Of a stretch of DNA of 64,000 bases, positions 52,020-61,958 are shown piece after piece (the stretch's first letter is position 1; each line of letters begins with the position of its first letter). The DNA is from an uncultured Rivularia sp. Its GTDB lineage: Bacteria > Cyanobacteriota > Cyanobacteriia > Cyanobacteriales > Nostocaceae. The stretch is taken from NCBI GenBank assembly GCA_963665115.1, contig OY762007.1, positions 5,344,001-5,408,000 of the forward strand, in the 5' to 3' direction. The notes beneath the pieces were generated by a model that saw only the letters and a program-made list of their open reading frames with translations, was not told the origin of the DNA and did not search any database. The translations under genes and the position numbers were made by a program.

Positions 52020-53126
52020 ATGAATAAATTATCATTTCCAAAATCACTAGCTTATTTATCTGTATTTGTTGCTGGGGCTGCTTTTACCTTGCCCGTCACT
52101 CAATTATTGCCAACTGAAGCTCTACAACAAGAGCAAAAAATAGCTCAGTTACCAGGTACTACTGCTCAAGCTGTTCCTAATAACTTTATCGCTACTGCGG
52201 TAGAAAAAACTGGTCCTGCGGTTGTCCGAATCGATTCGACTCGTACTTCTACCAGAGGAAGACGCTCAAGACAAGCAAGCGGAATAGGTTCTGGATTTAT
52301 CATTAATTCAAACGGAACTATCCTTACCAACGCTCATGTAGTCAAAGGTTCTTCTAAAGTTCGAGTGACTTTAGGTGATGGACGTAATTTAATGGGTGAA
52401 GTTGTCGGTTTAGACGATTTAACCGATGTTGCTGTAGTCAAGGTTTCGGCGAATAATTTGCCCAAAGTAGAAATAGGTAATTCCGAAAGTCTTAAACCTG
52501 GTGAATGGGCGATCGCCATTGGTAATCCTCTGGGATTGGACAATACCGTAACTGCTGGAATCATCAGCGGTACAGGGCGTTCGAGTGGAGTAATCGGTGC
52601 TGCTGACAAACGAGTTCGCTTTATCCAAACCGACGCAGCAATTAACCCCGGTAATTCCGGTGGTCCTTTGTTAAATCAACGCGGTGAAGTTATCGGTATA
52701 AATACTGCTATCATCGGACGCGCTCAAGGTTTAGGATTTGCAATTCCTATTAATAAAGCCCAACAAATAGCCAGTCAGTTAGTTGCGGGTGAAAAAGTAG
52801 CGCATCCTTACTTAGGTGTTCGCATGACGACATTAACTTCCGATTTGAAAGAAGATTTAAGTCGCGAACTTGGTTTAACTTTAGCTGCGAACAAAGGCAT
52901 CGTAATTGTAGACGTTGCTCGTAATTCTCCCGCAGCCAGAGCAGGTTTACGCCCTGGAGATGTAATCCAACAAATTGACGGGCAATCAGTAAAAACCGCA
53001 GACGATGTTCAATTAGCAGTAGAAAAAACAACAGTAGGCGGTAACGTGCAAGTAGCAGTTAATCGCGCTGGTAGAAACGTAAATATCCGAGTTCAACCCG
53101 GACAATTTCCAGTTTCTCAAGGCTAA
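52020..53126 (+). CDS. HtrA/DegP-family serine protease with one PDZ domain
   Basis: Signal peptide, TNAHV, DVAVV, INPGNSGGPL, PYLGV PDZ. Confidence 0.95.
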   Translation: MNKLSFPKSLAYLSVFVAGAAFTLPVTQLLPTEALQQEQKIAQLPGTTAQAVPNNFIATAVEKTGPAVVRIDSTRTSTRGRRSRQASGIGSGFIINSNGTILTNAHVVKGSSKVRVTLGDGRNLMGEVVGLDDLTDVAVVKVSANNLPKVEIGNSESLKPGEWAIAIGNPLGLDNTVTAGIISGTGRSSGVIGAADKRVRFIQTDAAINPGNSGGPLLNQRGEVIGINTAIIGRAQGLGFAIPINKAQQIASQLVAGEKVAHPYLGVRMTTLTSDLKEDLSRELGLTLAANKGIVIVDVARNSPAARAGLRPGDVIQQIDGQSVKTADDVQLAVEKTTVGGNVQVAVNRAGRNVNIRVQPGQFPVSQG

Positions 53127-53152
53127 TTTCAATTTTGGATTGAATAATTAAT

Positions 53153-53328
53153 TGTAGGGTGTGTGACGCTTTTAGATATGCACGAAAGATACACCATATT
53201 TCATCTTTGTGAGGTACATTCGGACGGGCAGGGATGCCCATCCCACAAGAGTTTTGTAATATGAGACTATACCTCACTTATTTGCAAAGTACTGTAAATT
53301 AATATTTTGATCGAGCGTCACGCACCAA
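53153..53328. repeat. Nested REP/MITE composite
   Basis: Outer GGTGTGTGACGCT...AGCGTCACGCACC; middle GTGAGGTA...TACCTCAC; inner GGACGGGCAGGGATGCCCATCC. Confidence 0.65.
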
Positions 53329-53433
53329 GATTAATTTGTAACAACGATCAACCTAAATTCAAATTAATCTAAAATTCAAAATTCAAAATCGAACAAATTT
53401 CCACAATCACATTCAAGAGGTAAAAGATTATCT

Positions 53434-53934
53434 ATGAAACGCTTTGATGCTATAGCTATTGTTAGTACCGGCATCGTTAGCAGTTTACTGATATCATTAA
53501 GGGCTGCACCTGCATTCGGACAAGTAGAATCAATATCAAATGTTCGAGAAGAAAGAACATTACCGCTACAAAAAAATAGTAAATATCAACCAGTCGTATA
53601 CACCGCCGATGTTTCTTCCCAAAACAATGAGAATCAAATCGGTGACAATACTACAATATTAGGCTTAGCAGCAATGGGTATTGGTACTGCTGGCTTAATT
53701 TGGAGTTTCAACCGACAAAATAATAGAACATTATCGCCCCAATCCGGTAATCTGAGTCATGATATCTCAATAGAAAAAGCGAATCCGCGATTGAGAAAAG
53801 AATTACTCAGATTAGTTGGTGGCGATCGCCCAACAGCAAATCGATTAGTAGCTGGACTAAAAAAAAGCCATCCCGAAAAATCAATCAACTGGACAGTAGA
53901 AAAAGCAATTTACGATCTAGAGCGCGATAGGTAA
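53434..53934 (+). CDS. Hypothetical exported/membrane protein
   Basis: Signal-like N-terminus, one TM helix, C-terminus EKAIYDLERDR. Confidence 0.75.
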   Translation: MKRFDAIAIVSTGIVSSLLISLRAAPAFGQVESISNVREERTLPLQKNSKYQPVVYTADVSSQNNENQIGDNTTILGLAAMGIGTAGLIWSFNRQNNRTLSPQSGNLSHDISIEKANPRLRKELLRLVGGDRPTANRLVAGLKKSHPEKSINWTVEKAIYDLERDR

Positions 53935-54191
53935 TAATAAGGTCAAAGGTTAGAGGTTAGAGGTTAAAGGTCAAAGGTAAATATTTATCATTACGACTCT
54001 TTCTTTAGTTACTTAATAAATCTATCAGCAATACATTTTTGCGCTCTAATAATTTAAATCGATTCCTTGCAGGATCAGCCTTTGCTAACCGTTACTTAGC
54101 AAAGGTTTTTTATTTGTAAGTTGTAAGTTGTTATTTATCAATGCCCAATTACCAATGCCCAATTACCAATGCCCAATTACCAATTCCTATT

Positions 54192-54224
54192 TGTCATATT
54201 GATGTCATATTGTTAATTCATACT
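54192..54224 (+). promoter_or_regulatory. OmpR-type direct repeat box 3
   Basis: TGTCATATTGA TGTCATATT followed by CATACT. Confidence 0.65.
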
Positions 54225-54264
54225 AAAAATAATCGAACTAACAAAAAGATTTGGGGCATTCAAA

Positions 54265-54591
54265 ATGAAGTCTAAATTAATGCCAATACTGGCTGCATCT
54301 GCTATTTTTACTCTTGCACTTCCTTTGGCTGCAAATGCTTGTGGAGACAAGAAGAATTTGACTCAAGCACAACGCGCTCAAATGGAACAAGTAAAAGACA
54401 ATGCTCGTTCTCAAGTTGAAGCCGTTTTAACTCCACAACAACAAGGAGAATTTCAAAGCGCTGTAGAAGACGGACAAAAAATGCGTTCTGCTGTAGCTAG
54501 CTTAAACCTTTCCGAGGAACAGCAAACTCAAGTAAACGAAATAATGAAAGTATCAAAAGAGCAAAAAAGAGCAATTTATCGCTCAAATTAA
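54265..54591 (+). CDS. Spy/CpxP-like periplasmic chaperone (LTxxQ repeats)
   Basis: Signal peptide; NLTQAQ, VLTPQQ, NLSEEQ. Confidence 0.75.
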   Translation: MKSKLMPILAASAIFTLALPLAANACGDKKNLTQAQRAQMEQVKDNARSQVEAVLTPQQQGEFQSAVEDGQKMRSAVASLNLSEEQQTQVNEIMKVSKEQKRAIYRSN

Positions 54592-54663
54592 CTAAACTCA
54601 AACTAAACAATAACTTTTTACAACGTTTCAACAATTCCCTTAGAAAATACTCTCAAATGTACT

Positions 54664-54695
54664 CGATTTCCAATAGAAATCGGGTCTTTTTTTAT
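54664..54695 (+). terminator. Rho-independent terminator
   Basis: CGATTTC-CAATA-GAAATCG stem followed by a T run. Confidence 0.6.
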
Positions 54696-54876
54696 TGGGC
54701 ATAGGGGATTGGGCATGGGGCATTGAATAATAATAAGCACTCACTAATAAATTTTGAGTTAATAAGTAGGGTTTGCAAAATTCATTAAACAGTAATACAA
54801 GATATATAAATAATTTTGCTTACCTACTAACTCCTAACTTCCAATTCCTAACTATTCCCTATGCCCAATTCCCCAA

Positions 54877-55932
54877 TTAATCAAACCGTTCAATTATTCC
54901 ACCACCGAGGACTTTTTCACCGTCGTACCATACGGCTGCTTGCCCTGGGGTGATGCTAAATTGGGGTTCGTCAAATACGATTCTGACGCGGGAGTTTTCT
55001 AAAGGAATTACGGTAACTGGTACTGGTTGCGAACGATAGCGGATTTGAACTTCTGCACGAATTGGACTTGAAGGCTCTGCTATAGATACCCAATTTACTC
55101 GCGCTACGTTACATTCTGGATTGGTTGCTGTAGTGCGATCGCCAACTACTACCCGGTTAGCTCCTGCATCTAAACCAATTACATATAAAGGTTGTGAAAA
55201 GGCAATTCCCAATCCTTTGCGCTGTCCGATGGTGTAGTGATGCACGCCGTCATGTTCTCCCAATACCTTACCGTCAGCGTCTACAATTTCACCTTTTTTA
55301 GGAGCCAAATATTTATCTAGAAAAGCACGCATCGAACCGTTGCTTTCTACCAAACATAAATCTTGACTTTCTGGCTTATCGGCTGTTTGTAAATTGTATT
55401 CGGCAGCAATCCGACGGGTTTCCGATTTTTCTACTTCTCCCAGTGGAAAAACTGAACCGCTAAGTAAATCTTGCGACAAATCATATAAAAAATATGTCTG
55501 GTCTTTATTGCGGTCAAATGCACGCAGAAGTTCGTAACGTCTGGTGGTTTCGTTGTAATTAATGCGAGCGTAATGTCCTGTAGCTATTTTTTGAGAATCC
55601 AACTTTTCCCGCGCATATTCGAGCATCGGGCCAAACTTGACAGTTTTATTGCACTGCGAACAAGGTAAGGGCGTAACACCAGCACTGTAACCAGTAACCA
55701 GATAATCTACAATATTGCTTTGAAAGACATCCCGGATATCAACAACGTGATGGGGAACGCCCAGCTGTTCGCAGATATGAGCCGCGTCAACCATACCTTC
55801 AGAGCAACATTGACCTTTACCCTTCATTAGCCAAAGGGTAAGACCAATCACTTCATAGCCCCGATTGTTTAAAATGGCGGCTACAGCAGAACTGTCAACG
55901 CCACCGGAAAGACCTACTACGACTTTTTCCAT
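54877..55932 (-). CDS. mnmA: tRNA 2-thiouridine(34) synthase
   Basis: SGGVDS, TGHY, KDQTYFL, ESQDLC, TIGQRKG, TPGQ. Confidence 0.96.
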   Translation of the reverse strand: MEKVVVGLSGGVDSSAVAAILNNRGYEVIGLTLWLMKGKGQCCSEGMVDAAHICEQLGVPHHVVDIRDVFQSNIVDYLVTGYSAGVTPLPCSQCNKTVKFGPMLEYAREKLDSQKIATGHYARINYNETTRRYELLRAFDRNKDQTYFLYDLSQDLLSGSVFPLGEVEKSETRRIAAEYNLQTADKPESQDLCLVESNGSMRAFLDKYLAPKKGEIVDADGKVLGEHDGVHHYTIGQRKGLGIAFSQPLYVIGLDAGANRVVVGDRTTATNPECNVARVNWVSIAEPSSPIRAEVQIRYRSQPVPVTVIPLENSRVRIVFDEPQFSITPGQAAVWYDGEKVLGGGIIERFD

Positions 55933-56109
55933 ATCCGTATAACTTGCTAGGCTGTTATTTCTAAGTTAACACTAGTAATTGCTACTACGCTTAACTCAGT
56001 TAATTCATTTTCAAAGTTATCTATATTATTATCTATTTCGGATTTAAGAAAATCATCCTTCTGATGAAAACTTACCCAAAGCATTACAGAGGGAAATCAA
56101 ATATTTAAG

Positions 56110-56282
56110 TACTTAGGCAAAATTAATTGTGTATTTGTCATTGCGAGTGGAACGAAGTGAAATGAAGCATTCACCGAAGGTGTGGATCATCGCGACACTT
56201 TGAGATTACTATGTCCTATCGGACACGCTTCGCTAACGCTGTCGCTCGTAATGACACAATTAATTTTGCAGACCCACTTACC
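56110..56282. mobile_element. MITE-like element containing a GTCATTGCGAG...CTCGTAATGAC palindromic repeat
   Basis: GCAAAATTAATTGTG / CACAATTAATTTTGC inverted ends. Confidence 0.6.
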
Positions 56283-56426
56283 ATAGCTAAAGGCAGAGTG
56301 AGGTTTTTCGGTAAGTAATCAATATAATTGATACCATAATATTTTTTACAAGTAATTACGCGGACATGATATTAATTCGTGGGAATAATCTAAAATCTAA
56401 AATCCAAAATTTAACGAGTACTACTT

Positions 56427-57128
56427 ATGTTTAATAAACTTTCCAACTTGATTCGACCTTCTTTAATTGCCTATTCCTTACTAGGAAGCTGTTTAACCCT
56501 CATCTCTATTACACCGACGCAAGCCAAAACTCCTAAAAACTCTCAAAAATTAGCACAAATACAATACGCTCAAAACGAATTCGATTTTAATTCACAATTC
56601 AATCCAAATTCCGAAAGCTATTTAGTGATTGTAGATAATGCTGACCCTAATTTACTTCAACAAGTACGCATTGTTGAACCTACCGCTTTTGCAGGTGACT
56701 TTCTAGGACGTTCTGTCATCCAAGCAGGAGTATTCAGACAGTTAAACAATGCTCAAGAAAGAATTAGACAGCTACAAGCTTACGGTGTCGGTTCCCGCAT
56801 CTACAGCCAGAATACTGGCAGAGAAATCGCTAATTCCTATGATGGCAATTTTTCTCCTACCGATCCTATTGCCAGAAATAATAATAGAACAGAAAAGACT
56901 AAATATTACTATGTAGCCATTCCAGACAAACCCGACAAACTATTTCAAATTGAAAACCAAATTAAGCAAAGTGCCGGAGGAAACACCGTAGGAGTATTCG
57001 TCAGAAACGCTCCCAGAGGACCTCACGTAGCAGTAGGCCCTTTTGCAGGACGTTTACAAGCCGAACAGTGGCACTACTATATACGTTCTCTAGGATTGAA
57101 TAACGCTAGAGTTTATTACGGAAAATAG
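56427..57128 (+). CDS. Exported hypothetical protein, possibly SPOR-like repeats
   Basis: Signal peptide; IQAGVF...NNA and VAVGPF...QA segments. Confidence 0.65.
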   Translation: MFNKLSNLIRPSLIAYSLLGSCLTLISITPTQAKTPKNSQKLAQIQYAQNEFDFNSQFNPNSESYLVIVDNADPNLLQQVRIVEPTAFAGDFLGRSVIQAGVFRQLNNAQERIRQLQAYGVGSRIYSQNTGREIANSYDGNFSPTDPIARNNNRTEKTKYYYVAIPDKPDKLFQIENQIKQSAGGNTVGVFVRNAPRGPHVAVGPFAGRLQAEQWHYYIRSLGLNNARVYYGK

Positions 57129-57285
57129 AGAATTGGGGATAGGGGATAGGGGATAGGGGATAGGGCATTGGGCATTGGGCATTGGGCATTGGAGACAAGG
57201 AGACAAGGAGACAAGGTAGAATTCTAATTGGTAACTGGTAACTCCTCACCTTTGACCTTTAACCTTTAACCTTTGACCTTTTCCA

Positions 57286-58927
57286 ATGTTTGATAACCGA
57301 GAATTAATTTCCCAAGTCGCAGTTACCGCAGCCCAAATGCGCGATATTGAAGCGCGTATCTTTGCAGCAGGAATGCCTGTAGCCGCTTTGATGGAAAAGG
57401 TAGCCGGACTTATTACTCATCGAATCGAAGAGACTATCGGACAAGAAGAATATGTAAAAAATATTTATTCTACCCCCTCTACCCCCTCTTCCCCCTCTTC
57501 CCCCTCTTCCCCCTCTACCCCCTCTCCCCCCTCCCCCACTCTCCGCGTCGGCATCCTCGCAGGGCCAGGTCATAATGGTGGTGATGCTTTAGTTGTTGCT
57601 CGCGAGTTATATTTTCGCGGATATGAAGTTAGCGTTTATTGTCCGATTTCTAAACTGAAGGAATTAACTTCGCAGCATTTACAATATGTCCGCAGTTTGG
57701 ATATTCCTTGTTATGAATCGGTTGAAAAGCTGCAAGATTGCGATTTTTTTGTTGATGGTTTATTTGGTTTTGGTTTGGAAAGAGATATTACCGAACCGAT
57801 CGCAAGTGCTGTCGATCAATTAAATCAATGGAATAAACCAATTTTTAGTATTGATGTTCCTTCTGGTTTACATACAGATACGGGAAAAATTCTGGGAGTC
57901 GGGGTTCGCGCTACCTACACTTTGTGTCTGGGTTTGTGGAAATTAGGTTTACTGGAAGATCAAGCCCTAGAATATATCGGTGAAGCTGAATTAATAGATT
58001 TTGATATTCAATACGCAGATGTACAAGCTGTATTAGGAACTCCCCAAATTAACCGCATCACAACAGCATCTGCACTTTCTACTCTTCCTTTACCCCGTCA
58101 ACAAGTAACTCACAAATATAAAGAAGGTCATTTACTGCTTGTTTGCGGTTCTCGTCGCTATTCGGGAGGTGCAATTTTAACTGGTTTGGGAGCGCGTGCT
58201 TCTGGTGTGGGAATGCTTTCTATTGCCGTACCGCAATCTCTGGCAAGTACGATGGTTTCACATTTACCTGAAGCGTTAATTATCGGTTGTCCAGAAACTG
58301 AAAGCGGCGCTATTGCTCAATTACAATTACCTGATAATACCGATTTAAATACCTTTGATGCGATCGCTTGCGGCCCCCGGCATAACGTTGGATGCTAATT
58401 TAATTTTACAAGAAATATTAGATAGCTCTAAGCCTTTACTCTTAGATGCCGATGGTTTAAATATTCTCGCGAGCATAGGAACCCGGCAAACACTGCAAAA
58501 ACGAACAGCATCAACCATACTTACTCCCCATCCTGGTGAATTTAAGCGGCTATTCCCAGATATCGAAAATGTTAACCAAAATAGAATTTCAGCAGTACGA
58601 GAAGCCGCAGAAAAATCTGGCGCAATAGTTTTATTAAAAGGTTCAAGAACTGCGATCGCGAATCCTCAAGGTTGCGTTTGGATTAATCCTCAAAGTACCC
58701 CAGCTTTAGCCCGTGGGGGTAGTGGTGATGTGTTGACTGGATTACTTGGTGGATTAATGGCGCAAGCTGTATCGCGTAATTTATCTGTAGAAAAAATGGT
58801 TGCAACTGCTGCATGGTGGCACGGTAGGGCAGGCATTCTAGCCGCTCAAGAACGTACTCAGTTAGGGGTAGATGCTTTTACTTTGACCCAATATCTCATG
58901 TCCGTTTTAACATCAGTGAAGAAATAA
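57286..58927 (+). CDS. nnr: Bifunctional NAD(P)HX epimerase/dehydratase (apparent +1 frameshift at CCCCC 58374-58378)
   Basis: LMEKVA, GPGHNGGD, SIDVPSG, HKYKEG, LDADGL, LTPHPGE, GGSGDVL; in-frame nonamer insert at ~57468-57542. Confidence 0.92.
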
Positions 58928-58962
58928 TTATTAAGCCGAGTCATCTTTATAATCGATTAAAA

Positions 58963-59202
58963 TTATGAGTTACACACCATGCGCGACTGAGCTAAATCGC
59001 GGATTAATGGTACGCGGGAGCTAATATATGTACTCATTTCGTTAATTTGTTCGCCAGTAAGTAACTTCTTGTTTTCTAATTGCTTGAGCAGCTGTCCAAT
59101 TAAGTCTGTGTCATTCAAACTTAAAATCGTCTTTGTTTCGGTTTCTTCAATCACCGACCATACATGACGCATTGTAACTGCTCGCTCTCTAAGTCCTAAC
59201 AT
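58963..59202 (-). CDS. Small hypothetical protein
   Basis: WSVIEET...L.L.DTDL...YISSRVPLIRDLA pattern; start uncertain. Confidence 0.65.
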   Translation of the reverse strand: MLGLRERAVTMRHVWSVIEETETKTILSLNDTDLIGQLLKQLENKKLLTGEQINEMSTYISSRVPLIRDLAQSRMVCNS

Positions 59203-59613
59203 CGCTTTATCATTCCAAATCTAAATTAAATATTCAATTCTTAACCCTAACCTACAGTAGATGATTAAAGAAGTTCAGCCCTGTAAAAGAATGCTTCTTA
59301 TCATGCAGGTTAGTTAAACAACCTAAAGAAAATATTAAGCCTAAAATCTAAAGAAAATCTTAAAATTTACAATACGTAACCAATTAGATGAGAATCTAGA
59401 CAATCAGTTACATAAATAAATTTTTTCGAGGTTACTTACTTTAAAGACCTTTAAGTTTTAAACGAGGACAGCTTATATAAAGTCCTTGAATATATAAAAA
59501 GAAGCGTTAACTACAATTTTATGATGGTTGCCGCTTTTTATTTATAAGAGTTGAGTATTGATTGTATGGGATAAATTTATTAATCTTCCAAACGTCCAAA
59601 CGAAAGCCCCGCC

Positions 59614-59826
59614 AGGGAGTAGGGAGTAGGGAGTAGGGAGTAGGGAGTAGGGAGTAGGGAGTAGGGAGTAGGAAGTAGGGAGTAGGAAGTAGGGAGTAGG
59701 GAGTAGGGAGTAGGGAGTAGGGAGTAGTAAGTAAAAAAATTACCAATTACCAATTACCAATTACCAATTACCAATGCCCAATTACCAATTACCAATTACC
59801 AATTCCCAATGCCCAATGCCCAATTA
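59614..59826. repeat. Heptamer tandem repeats (GGGAGTA)n then (CCAATTA)n
   Basis: Visible directly. Confidence 0.92.
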
Positions 59827-59929
59827 ATAAGTATGTTTTCAAGTATTTGTCAGTTTGAATACTGCGAACAATAACTTAAATAGTTGACACTGAGTATATA
59901 TATATAGTGCAACTTTTTTTAATAACGAT

Positions 59930-61931
59930 ATGACCGATATCAAGGATTTTCGACGGTTAAATACTTCCGATAGAGGAATCACTCCAGCGCTGACGAGTTT
60001 TCTTGAAGATTTATATGACTTTTATCAACCCCTTAATGAAGGAACGGTTGCACAGAATATACCGGAGTTGGCTAAAGCTAACCCGGATTGGTTTGGAATC
60101 TGTGCGGTTGATGTGGATGGTAAGGTTTTCGATATCGGTCATACTACGCAGGATTTTAGTATACAGTCAATTTCTAAGCCTTTTGTGTATGGGTTGGCTT
60201 TGGAAGATTGGGGTAAGGATTACGTACTCGAACGTATTGGTGTGGAACCAACTGGGGAACCTTTCAACTCGATTATGGAACAGCAGGAAATATGGCGACG
60301 ACGCTATAACCCAATGGTAAATGCGGGTGCGATTGTGACTACCAGTTTAATCAAAGGTTCGGATGCCGCTCAACGTTACAATCGTTTGCTGGAGATGTTT
60401 CGACGCTACATTGGTAGAAATGTATCTATTGATTTGGGAGTATGTAACTCTAAGCAAACCAGCGACCATCTTAATAGGGCGATCGCCTACATGATGCTGA
60501 ATTTCGGTTTAATTGAAGGAGATATTAATGAGATTATTAATCTGTATTTCCAACAGTGTTCTTTAACTATTAACTGTCACGATTTAGCCGTGATGGCGGC
60601 GACTTTAGCGAATGTTGGCTTAAACCCGATGACGGGAGAGCGAGCTATAGATAAAAAGTACGTCAAAAATATACTCAGTATAATGTATACCTGCGGACTG
60701 TATGAATTTTCAGGTCAGTGGGCTTACAAAATTGGTTTACCGGCAAAGAGCGGTTTGTCGGGTGCAATTATCGGAGTTGTTCCCAATCAAATGGGCATAG
60801 CTGTATTTTCTCCTCCTTTGGATCAACGTAAAAAAAGTTGGAGAGGCGTGAAAGTTTTTGAAGCACTTTCAAAAGAATTTGGACTGCATATTTTTACTAC
60901 CGACAACGAAGATTCCGGTATACAACAGCGGAAAGTTCACTTCACCGATCCATCAACTCCGCAGATTCCTACTCAACCAACCATAAAGACTCAATTAAAT
61001 CTACCTTCAAAATCGTTGACTGAATTTTTGCGGGAATTACATTACAAATATCTTCCTTTAAGAGATGGAAAAGTTTATGTTAGCGAACCTGGTTTAAAAG
61101 AAATTAATCCCGATTGGTTTGCTATCTGCATCGCAACTATTGACGGACAAGTTTACACTGTAGGCAATTGGGAAGAGTCATTTTTAATTCAGTCAATATC
61201 AAAAGTTTTTGCTTACGGATTAGCACTTGAAGACAAAGGAAGAGATTACGTTTTAACCAAAGTTGATGTCGAACCAACCGGAGACGCTTACAATTCCATC
61301 ATTAAAGTAGAATCAAAATCCAAACGACCTTATAACAGTATGGTGAATACCGGAGCGATCGCCACCACCAGTTTAATCGAAGGAGCAGGCCCCCGGACAT
61401 AGACTCAAACGAATATTAGAAATGTACCATCGCTATATCGGACGTAGAGTTTTTGTAGACACACCTATACTCGTATCCGAACAAAATAATGGCGATCGCA
61501 ATTGGGCAATATCATATTTGCTGCGTAATTTTGGCATGATTTCTGGGGATATCAGTCAAACTCTGAGTTTATATCTTCAGCAGTGCAGCGTAATCATTAA
61601 CTGTCGAGATTTAGCATTAATGGGAGCGACTTTAGCAAATAATGGCGTAAATCCAGTTACCAAAGAACGAGCAATTAATTCTGGCTATGTGAAAGACATT
61701 CTCAGCGTCATGCATACCTGTGGGATGTACGATTTTGCTGGAGAATGGGTATATAAAGTTGGATTTCCCGCCAAAAGTGGAGTCGGTGGGGGAATTATTG
61801 GTGTAGTTCCCAATCAGATGGGAATTGCAGTTTTTTCTCCTCCTTTAGATTCTCGTGGTAACAGCGTTCGGGGAATTAAAGTTTGCGAAGAACTTTCAAA
61901 GTACTTGGGTTTACATATTTTCGCGCAATGA
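59930..61931 (+). CDS. glsA: Tandem two-domain glutaminase (apparent +1 frameshift at CCCCC 61390-61394)
   Basis: Two QSISK motifs, two VEPTG, two PAKSG, two FSPPLD. Confidence 0.85.
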
Positions 61932-61958
61932 AAAGGGTTTTGTTATAAGTGGCTTTTA

